A stretch of DNA of 64,000 nt, from contig CAXXLF010000002.1 in NCBI GenBank assembly GCA_963664015.2, positions 1,024,001-1,088,000 on the forward strand, given 5' to 3'. The stretch is from Candidatus Binatia bacterium. GTDB taxonomy: Bacteria; Desulfobacterota; Binatia; UBA9968; CAXXLF01. The position numbers were made by a program, and so were the translations under genes. The notes beneath the pieces were generated by a model. That model made no database searches. It saw nothing but the letters and a program-made list of their open reading frames with translations, and was not told the origin of the DNA. This document shows, piece by piece, positions 36,633-46,892 of this stretch (within the stretch, counting starts at the first letter, position 1; each line of letters opens with the position of its first letter).

Positions 36633-36962
36633 CTATTTCCCGTCAGCTGTGACTTGCTTGATCATCCAATCGAGATAACTCTGGTTACCCATCTGAATTG
36701 GCAAGGCGATAATTTCAGGAACTGTATAGCTATGGAGTTCCTCGACCTTCTTTTTAACGTCTTCGAATCGATCCGCCACCGTTTTTATAATCAGAAGCTG
36801 CTCCTCGCTACGTTCCACCTGCCCTTCCCAACGATAGGTGGAGTGAACCGGGCCCACACGGTTCACGCATGATGCAACCCGACTCTCCACCAGCGCATCG
36901 GCAATGCGCTGGCCCTCGTCCGCCGATTCTACAGTGACAAAAACAACGACATGGGCACTCAT
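36633..36962 (-). CDS. cutA: Divalent-cation tolerance protein CutA
   Basis: ALVESRVASCVN, STYRWEG, ELHSYTVPEIIALP. Confidence 0.93.
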   Translation of the reverse strand: MSAHVVVFVTVESADEGQRIADALVESRVASCVNRVGPVHSTYRWEGQVERSEEQLLIIKTVADRFEDVKKKVEELHSYTVPEIIALPIQMGNQSYLDWMIKQVTADGK

Positions 36963-37120
36963 AACCGAGATCTTGCAGCCTCCATCCCCAAACAACCAAT
37001 GTGACATACCGGACAAATTTTATCTAACGCCAAACTCCGAGTCGTTCAGAACGAGGTTGAAAGGTCGGCCAGGCTATGCTAAACGCTTAAAAATTCTCAT
37101 GAAAGCGGGCAGTAACTAAC

Positions 37121-37501
37121 GTGAAGCAAAATATTGACTTTGCCAAGGGAAAGGGTCTGATACCGGTCATCGTTCAGGACTACCGTACACGGGATGTCCT
37201 GATGCTGGCCTACATGAACCAGGAGGCCTGGATTAAAACGCAGCGGACCGGCAAGGCCCATTACTACAGCCGTTCGCGGAGAAAACTATGGCTCAAGGGC
37301 GAGGAATCGGGTCATTTCCAGGAGGTCAAAAAGACCCTGATCGATTGCGATAACGATACGCTGGTTCTTCAGGTAAGGCAGCGGGGAGAGGGAGCGTGTC
37401 ACATGGGCTACCAATCCTGTTTCTTTCGCAAGCGGGTTCCCCGCGGTTGGAAGGTCGCCGAAAAGAGACGCTTTAACCCCGAGGAGGTCTATAAGAAGTG
37501 A
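37121..37501 (+). CDS. hisI: Phosphoribosyl-AMP cyclohydrolase
   Basis: [38 protein letters not shown]. Confidence 0.96.
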   Translation: MKQNIDFAKGKGLIPVIVQDYRTRDVLMLAYMNQEAWIKTQRTGKAHYYSRSRRKLWLKGEESGHFQEVKKTLIDCDNDTLVLQVRQRGEGACHMGYQSCFFRKRVPRGWKVAEKRRFNPEEVYKK

Positions 37502-38388
37502 AAAAGCTCAAGCTCGGGATTCCCAAGGGCAGTCTACAAGAAGCTACCTGTGAGCTGTTCAAGAAGGCCGGCTGGAGAATTCGCGGAATGGACCGCAGCT
37601 ACTTCCCTTCCATCGACGACGACAACCTACGTTTAAGCCTCGTGCGAGCCCAGGAGATTTCCCGATACGTAGAGGACGCTACGTTGGACGCAGGCATTAC
37701 GGGAATGGATTGGACCCTGGAAAACTCCTCTGATGTGGAGGTTGCGGCGGAGTTCGTCTACGCGAAAGCGAGCCTCAGGCCCGTCCGTTGGGTCCTCGCC
37801 GTTCCTGAGAATTCCCCTGTCCAGAAGGCAGAGGATTTGCGAGGCAAAAAGATCGCCACGGAAATGGTGAATTTCACAAAACGATATTTCGCTGAAAAGG
37901 ACATCCCCGTCAACGTGGAATTCTCCTGGGGCGCCACTGAGGCCAAGGCCGCAGAGGGTCTAGTCGACGCCATTGTAGAGGTAACCGAGACGGGCAGCAC
38001 CATCCGCGCCCACGGGCTCAAAATCGTCAGCGATCTGCTCGAATCCAGTCCTCAGCTCATCGCCAACAAAGAGGCCTGGAAGGACCCATGGAAAAGGCAG
38101 AAGATCGAACAGATTGCCATGCTTCTGACGGGGGCCTTGGCAGCGGAGAATAAAGTTGGCATCAAGCTAAACGTGGCCGAAGCCGGCTTGGAAAAGGTCG
38201 TCAGCCTGATCCCGAGCATTACTGCCCCTACGGTCGCCCCGCTGTATCCGACGGCTGCCCTACACGGCGAGAAGTGGTTTTCCGTTGAAAGCGTTATCGC
38301 CGAGAGCGTGCTCCGCGACCTGATCCCCCAGCTCCTCCAAAACGGCGCCGTGGGCATTATTGAGTACCCCCTCAACAAGGTCCTTTGA
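37498..38388 (+). CDS. hisG: ATP phosphoribosyltransferase, long form
   Basis: [32 protein letters not shown]-terminal regulatory domain. Confidence 0.97.
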   Translation: MKKLKLGIPKGSLQEATCELFKKAGWRIRGMDRSYFPSIDDDNLRLSLVRAQEISRYVEDATLDAGITGMDWTLENSSDVEVAAEFVYAKASLRPVRWVLAVPENSPVQKAEDLRGKKIATEMVNFTKRYFAEKDIPVNVEFSWGATEAKAAEGLVDAIVEVTETGSTIRAHGLKIVSDLLESSPQLIANKEAWKDPWKRQKIEQIAMLLTGALAAENKVGIKLNVAEAGLEKVVSLIPSITAPTVAPLYPTAALHGEKWFSVESVIAESVLRDLIPQLLQNGAVGIIEYPLNKVL

Positions 38389-38402
38389 GACTTTACCGGA
38401 AC

Positions 38403-38433
38403 AAAAAAAAGGGAGCCCGCAGGCTCCCTTTTT
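38403..38433. terminator. Bidirectional intrinsic terminator
   Basis: A8-GGGAGCC-CGCA-GGCTCCC-T5 between convergent hisG and the ferredoxin gene. Confidence 0.9.
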
Positions 38434-38449
38434 AAGATCACGTTCCGTT

Positions 38450-39010
38450 TTATTCGCTAGGATTCATTAGCTCGTTCTGTTTCTCTTCCAGCTTTTCCTT
38501 GGCCATCTGATCGATCACGTAAAGACCATCGACCACTTTGAAATCCACCGGATCGTAAAAGTAGGGCGAGGCCTCGAGAGCATCGTCGTATTCGTACATC
38601 TGGATGGCGTCCCAAGGGCAAATCTTCCGATCCAACCGGTCCTCGGACTCCGTACCCACCAGCACCAGGTCGAATTTCTTCGGCATGGCATCCGCTGCCA
38701 GCGGCTTTCTCTCGCTATCATAAAATTTGTTCTCAAACTCGTAGTAGACCGTCCCCGTTTCTTTGTGCTTATGGACCTTGGTGTAATTATCGCTGTAACA
38801 CATCTGACAGCCGATGCACTTATCATTGTCCACCCAGACCCGGTAAGGCTTCAGGCCTCCCTGGGGCAGCTCCTCGTATAACAGATTGATACAGTCATCC
38901 ACCGGACAATGGACCTCACAGAGCGGGGACCCTGCACAACTGGTGCAGTTCTCGTTCATCACCGCTAGTAGTGCCGTACCTTTGCGTTTTGTTTCGGTCT
39001 CAACTGCCAT
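38450..39010 (-). CDS. Atypical 2x[4Fe-4S] ferredoxin-like protein
   Basis: CTSCAGSPLCEVHCP and CIGCQMC...(long insert)...CPWDAI. Confidence 0.8.
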   Translation of the reverse strand: MAVETETKRKGTALLAVMNENCTSCAGSPLCEVHCPVDDCINLLYEELPQGGLKPYRVWVDNDKCIGCQMCYSDNYTKVHKHKETGTVYYEFENKFYDSERKPLAADAMPKKFDLVLVGTESEDRLDRKICPWDAIQMYEYDDALEASPYFYDPVDFKVVDGLYVIDQMAKEKLEEKQNELMNPSE

Positions 39011-39824
39011 TTGCCTTAGCCCTCATCTTTCTGAATCTAGAGTATCCAACAACCGCCAGCGCCAACAAGAGCAAGACCCAGTAACGCCATACGAGCTGCA
39101 CCTGAACCCATTCCAACCAGTAAACAAAGTTGGGGGATTGGGAAAGGAGTTTTCTCAGCGCCGCTTCGGACCCACGATAGTCCCGGGTCTTTTTTAACAC
39201 ACGAGCCAATCCGTGTAAGGCCGCTTCGTCATTTGCATCCAATTCCAGTGCTCGCTCGAAATCCTGACGAGCCTCGGGCCATTTTCTCTCTTCGAAGTGG
39301 ACCCAACCCCGATTGCTCCAGGCCTCCGCAAAGGTCTTGCGCATCACGATGGCCCGATTAAAGCTCTTTCGAGCCAGGTCTAGCTCCCCGTTCCTTTTAT
39401 AGGCCACACCAAGATTATTGTGGGCCGTCGGAGAGTCGGGAAACATTTCGACCACCCGCTTATAGGCCACCGTTGCAGCGGCAAAGTCCTTACGGACTTC
39501 CAGGTTCAACCAACCAAGAAAGGTCCAACCGTCGACGTGGCTGGGAGCTATCTCCAGGACCTTCATGGCATGCATTTCGGCTCGCGTCGGGTCTCCGAGC
39601 TTCAAGGAAGCCATCGCAAACATGAGATGAAGGTCCGGTTCCTGAGGGTACTTTTGCAGCAGCTTTTCCAAGGCCGCACTGGCTTCTGATACCTTCCCTA
39701 CGGCAAGATCATCTTTGGCCTGACGCCACGTCGGTTCTTCACGCAGCGAACCGGCCACTCCAATGGTAAACGAGATCCCAATGACAATGGAAATTGACGC
39801 AACGAGAAAGGGAAGGTGTCTCAA
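39000..39824 (-). CDS. Membrane-anchored TPR-repeat protein
   Basis: N-terminal signal/TM, TPR units (AHNNLGVAY, AWSNRGWVH), C-terminal TM. Confidence 0.85.
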   Translation of the reverse strand: MRHLPFLVASISIVIGISFTIGVAGSLREEPTWRQAKDDLAVGKVSEASAALEKLLQKYPQEPDLHLMFAMASLKLGDPTRAEMHAMKVLEIAPSHVDGWTFLGWLNLEVRKDFAAATVAYKRVVEMFPDSPTAHNNLGVAYKRNGELDLARKSFNRAIVMRKTFAEAWSNRGWVHFEERKWPEARQDFERALELDANDEAALHGLARVLKKTRDYRGSEAALRKLLSQSPNFVYWLEWVQVQLVWRYWVLLLLALAVVGYSRFRKMRAKANGS

Positions 39825-39827
39825 CTC

Positions 39828-40013
39828 TCACTCCCACATCTTGTTGATGATCTCGTCTTTCTTCCCTTCCTCGGTGAGCTTGTCATTCTGGAACCCCTGT
39901 TTTAAACCAAGCCAGGTAAAGAAAACGACCAGTAGAAGCAACCCAATAATAGGAATATTGTCAGGTTTGGTTGCGATCGCCAATAAATTTTGTAGGCCCG
40001 TCGGCTCATCCAT
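39828..40013 (-). CDS. Small single-TM membrane protein (61 aa)
   Basis: AAGGTGAGGA RBS, KPDNIPI followed by a hydrophobic helix; stop lies 3 nt before the TPR gene start. Confidence 0.75.
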   Translation of the reverse strand: MDEPTGLQNLLAIATKPDNIPIIGLLLLVVFFTWLGLKQGFQNDKLTEEGKKDEIINKMWE

Positions 40014-40348
40014 AAATCCTCACCTTTTCAAAACTGCGAGACTGATTACTCAACAAGTAATTTACCAGAAAAACTCAAAAATGACGAAATGTCAACGTTT
40101 TCCGGAGGTGTAAGAAACTTCCCTCTCCAGAGGAGCACAACCACCACCCCTCCTCCGAGCTCTTCTCCCCCCCACAATTTTTCAATCATATCAAAGTCCG
40201 TTGGCGAACGGTAACTGCACCGACCCTAGCAATGAGCGACGAGAACCGGAGAGACCTCACCCAAATCCACCTTGTAGAATTTTACCAATTATTGTGACAT
40301 AAACCGTTTCAAGTCATCCTGCTAAGTGAATCGAGGACAAAGAAATCG

Positions 40349-41464
40349 ATGAAGATAGTCACTGTGTTACTCGCGAGCCTGTTGGGAGTTTTCATCCTCC
40401 TCAGTTCTTTACCCTTGGTAGCCTGCCCCCTCGTGATCCGTGCCGGCGCCCCAAAGAAATCCCGGGTAGCCACTGGCGGCTATTGCCGGATCAATGGCGC
40501 AAACACCGGCACCGCAACACCCAGTGCTCCCGGAGTACGCAAACGGGCCTTCATTACCAACAGTGACGGAGACTCATTTTCCATCGTCGATAGAGACACC
40601 TATCAGGTCGTCAAAACCATCCCCGTCGGCGATTACCCCCACCACATGATCGTTTCGCTTGACGGGCGCCACCTGATTGTCGGGAACACTCACTCCGATA
40701 CGGCGACGATTCTCGATCTGGCAACGGAGGAGGTCGTCAAGACCGTCCCCCTACTCGATCCCTATAACTTCTACTATACCCCGGACCGGGATCTCCTGGT
40801 AACAACATGCACCCGTCTGGGCCGGGTTGAGATCTATGCGCCGGAAACGTGGAAAGAGCCGGGGCAGGCCAATGGGTGGGAGCGCCTTGCAGCAATCCCC
40901 ACGGGGAAAGACCCCAACCATTTTGCCTTCAGCCCCGACGGCCATTTCATGTATGTCAGCAACGAATACTCCCACCGTCTCTCGGTGATCGACCTCCGGG
41001 AACGCAAGCTCGTTCGCCAGGTCAGAACCAGCCGGCGGCCTGTCGATGTCTCCCTTGCCCCTGGCGGGAAGGCCATTTTCGTGGCCAACTATACGGACGG
41101 CCTCGTGACGGTTTACGACACGACGAGTTTTAAGGAGATTAAGCGGATTCACACCGGTGCGGGGGCCCATGGAATGGCCATGGCCACTGACGGCAGGACC
41201 CTTTTTGTATCCAATCGCGACGCCGCGACGGTCTCGGTTATCAAAGTAGCCTCGTACCAGATCACCCGGACATTTAAGGTCCCCCAAGGACCGGATATGC
41301 TGGAGGTGACTCCCGACGGACGTGAGCTTTGGGTAACGGGACGCTATGGGGCTAACGTATTTGTGGTCAACCTAGAGGAGGGTAAGGTCAGCCACCGGAT
41401 CAAAACCGGCGCGTCCCCCCACGGCATTGTCCTCATCGACCTGCTCGATACTCAGCTGCAATAG
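40349..41464 (+). CDS. Exported YVTN/YncE-type beta-propeller protein
   Basis: Signal peptide and repeated 'P..xxxSPDG..hYVSN' blades. Confidence 0.85.
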   Translation: MKIVTVLLASLLGVFILLSSLPLVACPLVIRAGAPKKSRVATGGYCRINGANTGTATPSAPGVRKRAFITNSDGDSFSIVDRDTYQVVKTIPVGDYPHHMIVSLDGRHLIVGNTHSDTATILDLATEEVVKTVPLLDPYNFYYTPDRDLLVTTCTRLGRVEIYAPETWKEPGQANGWERLAAIPTGKDPNHFAFSPDGHFMYVSNEYSHRLSVIDLRERKLVRQVRTSRRPVDVSLAPGGKAIFVANYTDGLVTVYDTTSFKEIKRIHTGAGAHGMAMATDGRTLFVSNRDAATVSVIKVASYQITRTFKVPQGPDMLEVTPDGRELWVTGRYGANVFVVNLEEGKVSHRIKTGASPHGIVLIDLLDTQLQ

Positions 41465-41565
41465 AGCCGCCACAGGGTCACACCCCTTCGACTGGGAGCT
41501 CACGGCTGTCCATGGCCTTATACATAGGTGGATAAAATATTTTAGGATGATAAGGTCCGCTGAAC

Positions 41566-42168
41566 TTAATTAGGGAATCCGCGGACCAATTCGATAAGAC
41601 GGGATTTTCCACCCTGGAGAATCGGTACCCCATCACCCACCAGCAGCGTTTCGAAATCCAGTGTTAGCAATCCCCGAACGCTCTCCCGAAGCCGCGGTGG
41701 ATTGTCCATAACCTTCTCATTAAGAAAACCACACTGGCCCGGCGGATTTCCAATCACCGAATCGCCGACAATGAGCAGTTTTCTCTCCGGCCAATAAAGA
41801 GCAATTTCCCCCGGAGACTTTCCGGATGCATCAACCACCACCAAAGGACCGACCCTGTCCCCGATCGCTAGCTCTCGATCGATGACAGCTCCTTGACCCC
41901 GCGCATAGGCGGCATCGGCCGCGTGGATGACCGTTTGAGCCCCGGTCCCACTACGTACCAGGTTACTGGCACGCACGTGGTTTCGGTTGGTCAATAGGAT
42001 GGTTGCTACGCCCTGGCGGGAAACGGCCTCTAAGACCTCGGCCGACGGCTCGACAGGATCGATGCAAAGATTTCCACTCTCATGGGTCAATAGATGGCCG
42101 TTAAAGTTATAGCCGTGGGGCTGGGAGAACCAGGTCCACAGGAATATTCCACTTGTCACTTCTTCCAT
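41566..42168 (-). CDS. Metallo-beta-lactamase-fold protein with degenerate metal motif
   Basis: IDP, LLTNRNHVR in place of THxHxDH, GKSPG in place of GHTPG, GDSV, LVGDG. Confidence 0.75.
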   Translation of the reverse strand: MEEVTSGIFLWTWFSQPHGYNFNGHLLTHESGNLCIDPVEPSAEVLEAVSRQGVATILLTNRNHVRASNLVRSGTGAQTVIHAADAAYARGQGAVIDRELAIGDRVGPLVVVDASGKSPGEIALYWPERKLLIVGDSVIGNPPGQCGFLNEKVMDNPPRLRESVRGLLTLDFETLLVGDGVPILQGGKSRLIELVRGFPN

Positions 42169-42194
42169 TTAATAAAACTCTCCTGATGGCCTGA

Positions 42195-43814
42195 TCAGGC
42201 CGCCGTATGGCCATGCCCGTGGCCATGGCCACGGCCATGTTCCTGGTGTCGAAAGATCAAAGACTTGATCACGACTGGAACGGCCTTGGCGTCAGGAATC
42301 TCCTCCCCAATATCGATAAAGTCGAAATCTTTGAGATCGATACCATCGATGGAGATAATATCGGCTCCCGGTAGGAGTTCCTTCTCTATAATATTCCCGA
42401 CCAGCTTGGCGATGTCGGCATCAAAAACCAACACGATAGGTTGCCCCCGGTCCACATGCTGCTTCATCCCCTGGGAGATACCCTCCGCAAGGGTACGAAT
42501 CAAGGGATAGGACGGACCCAATTCCCAATGAACGGCTAAGGCCGCCGGCCTTTCCCCATCCTGGATATCGAAACGCTTCAGTGAAGCTTCCACCGCCTCT
42601 TTGACATGGGCAACATCCAATGGTTCCTCTTGCTTGATATAAGGAATCACCACCTGCACGTTCCTTAATGGAAGGAGCCCACCGTCGGAGAGGTAGATGG
42701 TATTGCCCGAGACCTGCACGGTGTACTGGGAAGCCCCGATCACAGTGGCACGAATACGCACCTCCGGGACCACGACACGAATGGAATGTTTGTTGGAGAA
42801 TGCCTCGGCACGGGTGCGAACCTCCCGTCCCATGTGGTTGCCCAGGTCGCCGTAATCCGTTTTCTCGCGTCCATAGACATACTCGGAGACCCCCCCAGAG
42901 AAGGTCATCACGTCAATACGGTCCTTGAATCCGAGCGGGGGTGTCAGCATCAGGGTCTCTGTTAGCGGGGAGAGCTTTCCCCGTTCCAACACCTCAAAGA
43001 GCGCGCCGCAGATGGTCTGGGTCATGGATTCCTTATCGCTCTCCTTGAGGGCTCCGCCCAGACTCAACTGGATACCGGAGGCCTCTGCGATCTTGGCCCC
43101 CGCATCCTCCAGGCGGTTGATCTTGCTATCAGGACCTAAAGCGACCAACCGTGCCCCGACCTCAAGGCAGGCCGTGTCCACCACGGCGCCGTGGCGGGAG
43201 ATAGATATCTTGCAGGTCCCGCCGCCGACATCCACATTCATCACAGTGAAATCGCCGCCCTCATCTGTCGTCCTCTTGATTGCCCCCGAACCATAGGCCG
43301 CTAGGACCGCTTCCAGGTTATGCCCGGCGGTGGCGCAAACGAATTTTCCCGCCTGGGCGGCAAACAGGGCGGCAACGGCCTCAGCGTTTTCCTTCTTTGC
43401 CGCTTCACCCGTGAGAATCAAGGCACCCGTATCGATGTTGTTAGGGGCGAGATTCGCCCCCCGGTATGCCTGTTGGATGAATCCGTCCAACTGGTGGGTG
43501 TCTATAGTCGTTTTGTCCACGTAAGGGGTCAAAAGGATCGGCGATTCAAAAAGGATCTCGCGACTTACCACAACAAAGCGGCTGGAAAGAACAACGCCCT
43601 GCCGGCGCAGGATAAGCCGGGAAAAGACCAAATGCGACGTGGACGAACCGATATCGATTCCTACGGAGGTCAACGATATTCGTTCGGAGCGCCACATGGG
43701 ATGGTTTTCATCCAGCATGGCTTCATCGTGTTCTTGGTCATCGTCATGCCCTTCGTGAAAGACTAGGGGCACCTGTGGTGTGATCTGATTTGATTCCGGT
43801 AACTCAAGCTGCAT
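42195..43814 (-). CDS. EutA-like (ethanolamine ammonia-lyase reactivase family) ASKHA ATPase
   Basis: SVGIDIGSSTSHLVFS, TGALILTGEAA, FVCATAGHNLE, NVDVGGGT, IRATVIGASQYT, D.DFIDIG, VPVVIKSLIF. Confidence 0.85.
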   Translation of the reverse strand: MQLELPESNQITPQVPLVFHEGHDDDQEHDEAMLDENHPMWRSERISLTSVGIDIGSSTSHLVFSRLILRRQGVVLSSRFVVVSREILFESPILLTPYVDKTTIDTHQLDGFIQQAYRGANLAPNNIDTGALILTGEAAKKENAEAVAALFAAQAGKFVCATAGHNLEAVLAAYGSGAIKRTTDEGGDFTVMNVDVGGGTCKISISRHGAVVDTACLEVGARLVALGPDSKINRLEDAGAKIAEASGIQLSLGGALKESDKESMTQTICGALFEVLERGKLSPLTETLMLTPPLGFKDRIDVMTFSGGVSEYVYGREKTDYGDLGNHMGREVRTRAEAFSNKHSIRVVVPEVRIRATVIGASQYTVQVSGNTIYLSDGGLLPLRNVQVVIPYIKQEEPLDVAHVKEAVEASLKRFDIQDGERPAALAVHWELGPSYPLIRTLAEGISQGMKQHVDRGQPIVLVFDADIAKLVGNIIEKELLPGADIISIDGIDLKDFDFIDIGEEIPDAKAVPVVIKSLIFRHQEHGRGHGHGHGHTAA

Positions 43815-43987
43815 TTGTTGGATTCCTTTCTCTTTTCCGACCCTTCAATTACGTCCTAAATTGCCAGCGATCCTCATAGCACAAGCACCCATCAATTGCC
43901 AATCAGGTGCGGTCAACGACTTCCCCCCTCGCCCGAAGGCCCAATGGGGCCGGGAAAAGAGAGATAACGGAGCCCCATCGGTCCGAG

Positions 43988-44048
43988 ATGAAGCCTCCAC
44001 GGGTTTACACCCATGGCATTTCACCTCTCTTCTGCGAAGGGGAATAAA
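43988..44048 (+). repeat. Palindromic mini-element family 2, copy B (short)
   Basis: ATGAAGCCTCCACGGGTTTACACCCATGGCAT...TCTGCGAAGGGGAATAAA: the 5' end matches copy A and the 3' end matches copy C. Confidence 0.8.
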
Positions 44049-44251
44049 CTGAGACTGTCAGAATCAGATTCGCGGAAACATCAATCGTCCAATTCATGGG
44101 AGATTTTAACCTCTAGTTAGAGTTTTAAACCTCACTGTTGTAAAGGCAGGCGTCGTCGCCTTAACGAGTTCTGAATCTCGGAACGAAGGATCCCGGGGAG
44201 AATGGACTTAGGACAGAATCCAAGGTAGAATTAGACCTTCACTGAGGGACC

Positions 44252-46024
44252 ATGGGCCAGGTGCGCCAAGAGGTCTCAAGTACGGCCGGGATCATTATGC
44301 TGAGCGACGGAATTGCCAACGGCGCTCAAGAACTGGACGGCGTGAGTGCCCTGCCCATACCCGTCTTTACAGTCCCCATAGGCGAGAGCAAGGGCTTTGT
44401 GGACCTGCGTATCGCCAATCTTCGCATCCCCGAGTTCGCTTTCCGGGGGAGAGAAATCAACCTTGACTTTTCCATCGAAGCTTACGGTTTGAAAGGGGAA
44501 AAAGTACCACTCTATTTCACCCGGGGTCAGAACCTGATTTCGACCCAGACGATAACCATCGACAATGATCCCTTCCAACACAAGATGACCCTGACCTATA
44601 CGCCAAGGGAGATCGGGGCCCATAGCTTCACCCTCCGGATTCCGTCCCAGGCAACGGAACAGATCCCGCAGAACAACCAGCGCAGCTTCAAGATCGATGT
44701 GCAGAGAGACAAGATCCGGGTACTGACCCTGTCGGGTTCGCCGTCATGGAACTATCGTTTTCTGCGACTGGCGTTGAAAGACGACCCTTTTGTCGACCTG
44801 ATTTCCTTCGTTTTCCTACGAACCCCGACCGACTCGGTTGATGTCCCCGAGAACCAACTGAGCCTTATCCCGTTTCCCATCAATGAGATTCTCAAAAAGA
44901 TCGAAGAATTCGACCTCGTCATCTTCGACAACTTTTCTCATCGCTCCTATTTTAGCTCCACATACCTGGAGAAGATCCGAGACTTTATCAAGGAGGGCGG
45001 CGGCTTTGCCATGCTGGGCGGCGCCCGGTCCTTTGATAGCGGTGGCTATGCGGGAAGTCCCATCGAGGAGCCGCTGCCGGTTGAGCTTGACGGCAAAGGC
45101 AGTTACGAAACCAACACCCAGCTACGGGCAAGCCTGGCGGCAGCGGGGAAGGCCCACCCGGTGACCCGTATCTTCCCCGACCCTCAAGCCAATGAGGAGG
45201 CGTGGAAAAAGATTCCCGCCCTGACCCGTTTGAACCGGGTCGTCAAGTCCAAAGGTCAGGTCCTCCTCTGGGCTTCCCGGGATGAAGCCAGCCGAGGATG
45301 GCCGTTATTGACCGTCGGGAAGTTCGGCCGGGGTCGAACCCTGGCCCTGATGAGCGACGATCTCTGGCGCTGGAATTTCTTCGCCGTCGGGGAAAATGAG
45401 AGTCCCCAGGTACACCAACGGCTGATCCGCCAGGCGGTTCGCTGGTTGTCCCAAGAGTCCCTGTTCGAGCAGGTTCAAATCCTATCCATTGGTGGGTCCA
45501 GAATACCGGGTGAAAAGATGGAGGTTCGAGTCCGGGTGTTGAAAGACGATTACACCCCGGCACCACAGAGCGTCGTCAAGCTCCTGGTCAAGACGCCCGA
45601 TGGTGAGACAGTTCCCCTAGAGGCCGTACGGGATTCGGTGGCGGGCGAATACTCAGCCGAGTTCACCCCCGTCCGAGAAGGTTCCTATAGAATCGAGGCC
45701 GAGGCGGAACTGGCGGGCAAAACCTTGGGAAAGGACGGCAAAGAATTCGTTGTATCCATCGCCCACGCAGAGATTGAGGACGGCAGACCCCGCGCCGACC
45801 TGTTAAACAAAATTTCCGAGGTCAGCCAGGGCAGTGCGGTACCGATTACCCAGTGGAACCAAGAGAGCCTGGAGCAAATCCTGACTAAGCTTGAACAGCG
45901 CAATCCCTCCGAGATCGTCGAGAGACGGGATACACCCCTATGGAGTCTGCCATGGGCCCTGGCTCTCATGCTCTTGCTGCTGGGCTTCGAGTGGTGGCAA
46001 CGGAGAAGTTGGGGACTGGTATAG
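44252..46024 (+). CDS. VWA / Ig-like / class-I glutamine-amidotransferase-like membrane protein, probably N-terminally truncated
   Basis: Starts inside a VWA-like segment (IIMLSDG...PVFTVPIG); then FIKEGGGFAMLGG, GRGRTLAL...WRW and C-terminal TM EWWQRRSWGLV. Confidence 0.7.
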   Translation: MGQVRQEVSSTAGIIMLSDGIANGAQELDGVSALPIPVFTVPIGESKGFVDLRIANLRIPEFAFRGREINLDFSIEAYGLKGEKVPLYFTRGQNLISTQTITIDNDPFQHKMTLTYTPREIGAHSFTLRIPSQATEQIPQNNQRSFKIDVQRDKIRVLTLSGSPSWNYRFLRLALKDDPFVDLISFVFLRTPTDSVDVPENQLSLIPFPINEILKKIEEFDLVIFDNFSHRSYFSSTYLEKIRDFIKEGGGFAMLGGARSFDSGGYAGSPIEEPLPVELDGKGSYETNTQLRASLAAAGKAHPVTRIFPDPQANEEAWKKIPALTRLNRVVKSKGQVLLWASRDEASRGWPLLTVGKFGRGRTLALMSDDLWRWNFFAVGENESPQVHQRLIRQAVRWLSQESLFEQVQILSIGGSRIPGEKMEVRVRVLKDDYTPAPQSVVKLLVKTPDGETVPLEAVRDSVAGEYSAEFTPVREGSYRIEAEAELAGKTLGKDGKEFVVSIAHAEIEDGRPRADLLNKISEVSQGSAVPITQWNQESLEQILTKLEQRNPSEIVERRDTPLWSLPWALALMLLLLGFEWWQRRSWGLV

Positions 46025-46042
46025 GGATAAAGGAACAGATCA

Positions 46043-46843
46043 ATGAAAGAAACGCCAAGGACAAGGAGCCGGCTCTATGGTTGGGTTCTAGCCGTCGTTT
46101 TTTTCTTCCCCGCTAACGGCTTCAGCTTCTGCCACCTTGTGGAGGTGGCGGAGAACCCCATCATCCGAGTGGCCATGGGCGCTCCTAAATCGATCCAGAT
46201 CCAATGGTTCGGCCACTCCACCTTCCAGATCACCTCCTCCAAGGGAACGCGCATCCTGACCGATCCCCATCAACGGGAGGATCTGCCCTGGCCAATGCTG
46301 CCCCAGCATATCGTCACGACCAGCCATAATCATGGCGCCCACAGCAACCTCTGGATGGCCCAGGGCAACCCTGTGATCCTGGAAGGACTGCACCCCGATG
46401 AAAGCTGGAGGGTCATCCATCAGACCATCCGGGACATTTCCGTCTACACCGTCCCCGCCTATCATGATAAAAGCCAGGGCTGGCAGCGGGGAAGTAACAG
46501 CATCTTTGTCTTTCGTGTGAATGATATCTGCATCGCTCACCTGGGCGACCTGGGACATCGATTGACCCCACAGCAACTGAAGATGTTGGGCAAGATCGAC
46601 GTCCTGCTCATCCCACTGGCCGGAGGAATGTACACCATAACTGCCGAAGAGGCACGGGAGGTCACAAAACAGGTCAAACCTCGCATCGCCATTCCGATGC
46701 ACTATTGGTGGGAAGAAGCCATCGCAACGTACATCCATGAAGATTTTCCCGTAAAAATGATCAACGGCCACACCCTGACGATCTCCAAGGCACAGCTACC
46801 CAGGTCTACGCAGATCGTGGTCCTGACCTGGACAGACCCTTGA
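46043..46843 (+). CDS. Exported MBL-fold metallo-hydrolase (UlaG/beta-lactamase B_3-like)
   Basis: WFGHSTF, LTDP, TSHNHGAH, HLGDLGH, IPMHY. Confidence 0.88.
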   Translation: MKETPRTRSRLYGWVLAVVFFFPANGFSFCHLVEVAENPIIRVAMGAPKSIQIQWFGHSTFQITSSKGTRILTDPHQREDLPWPMLPQHIVTTSHNHGAHSNLWMAQGNPVILEGLHPDESWRVIHQTIRDISVYTVPAYHDKSQGWQRGSNSIFVFRVNDICIAHLGDLGHRLTPQQLKMLGKIDVLLIPLAGGMYTITAEEAREVTKQVKPRIAIPMHYWWEEAIATYIHEDFPVKMINGHTLTISKAQLPRSTQIVVLTWTDP

Positions 46844-46863
46844 GAACCTCTCTTGAATTGAAT

Positions 46864-46892
46864 TTGACAAGACGGTGGGCTTTAAATATTCT
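46864..46892 (+). promoter_or_regulatory. Putative sigma70 promoter for the MFS gene
   Basis: TTGACA-N17-TATTCT. Confidence 0.65.
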
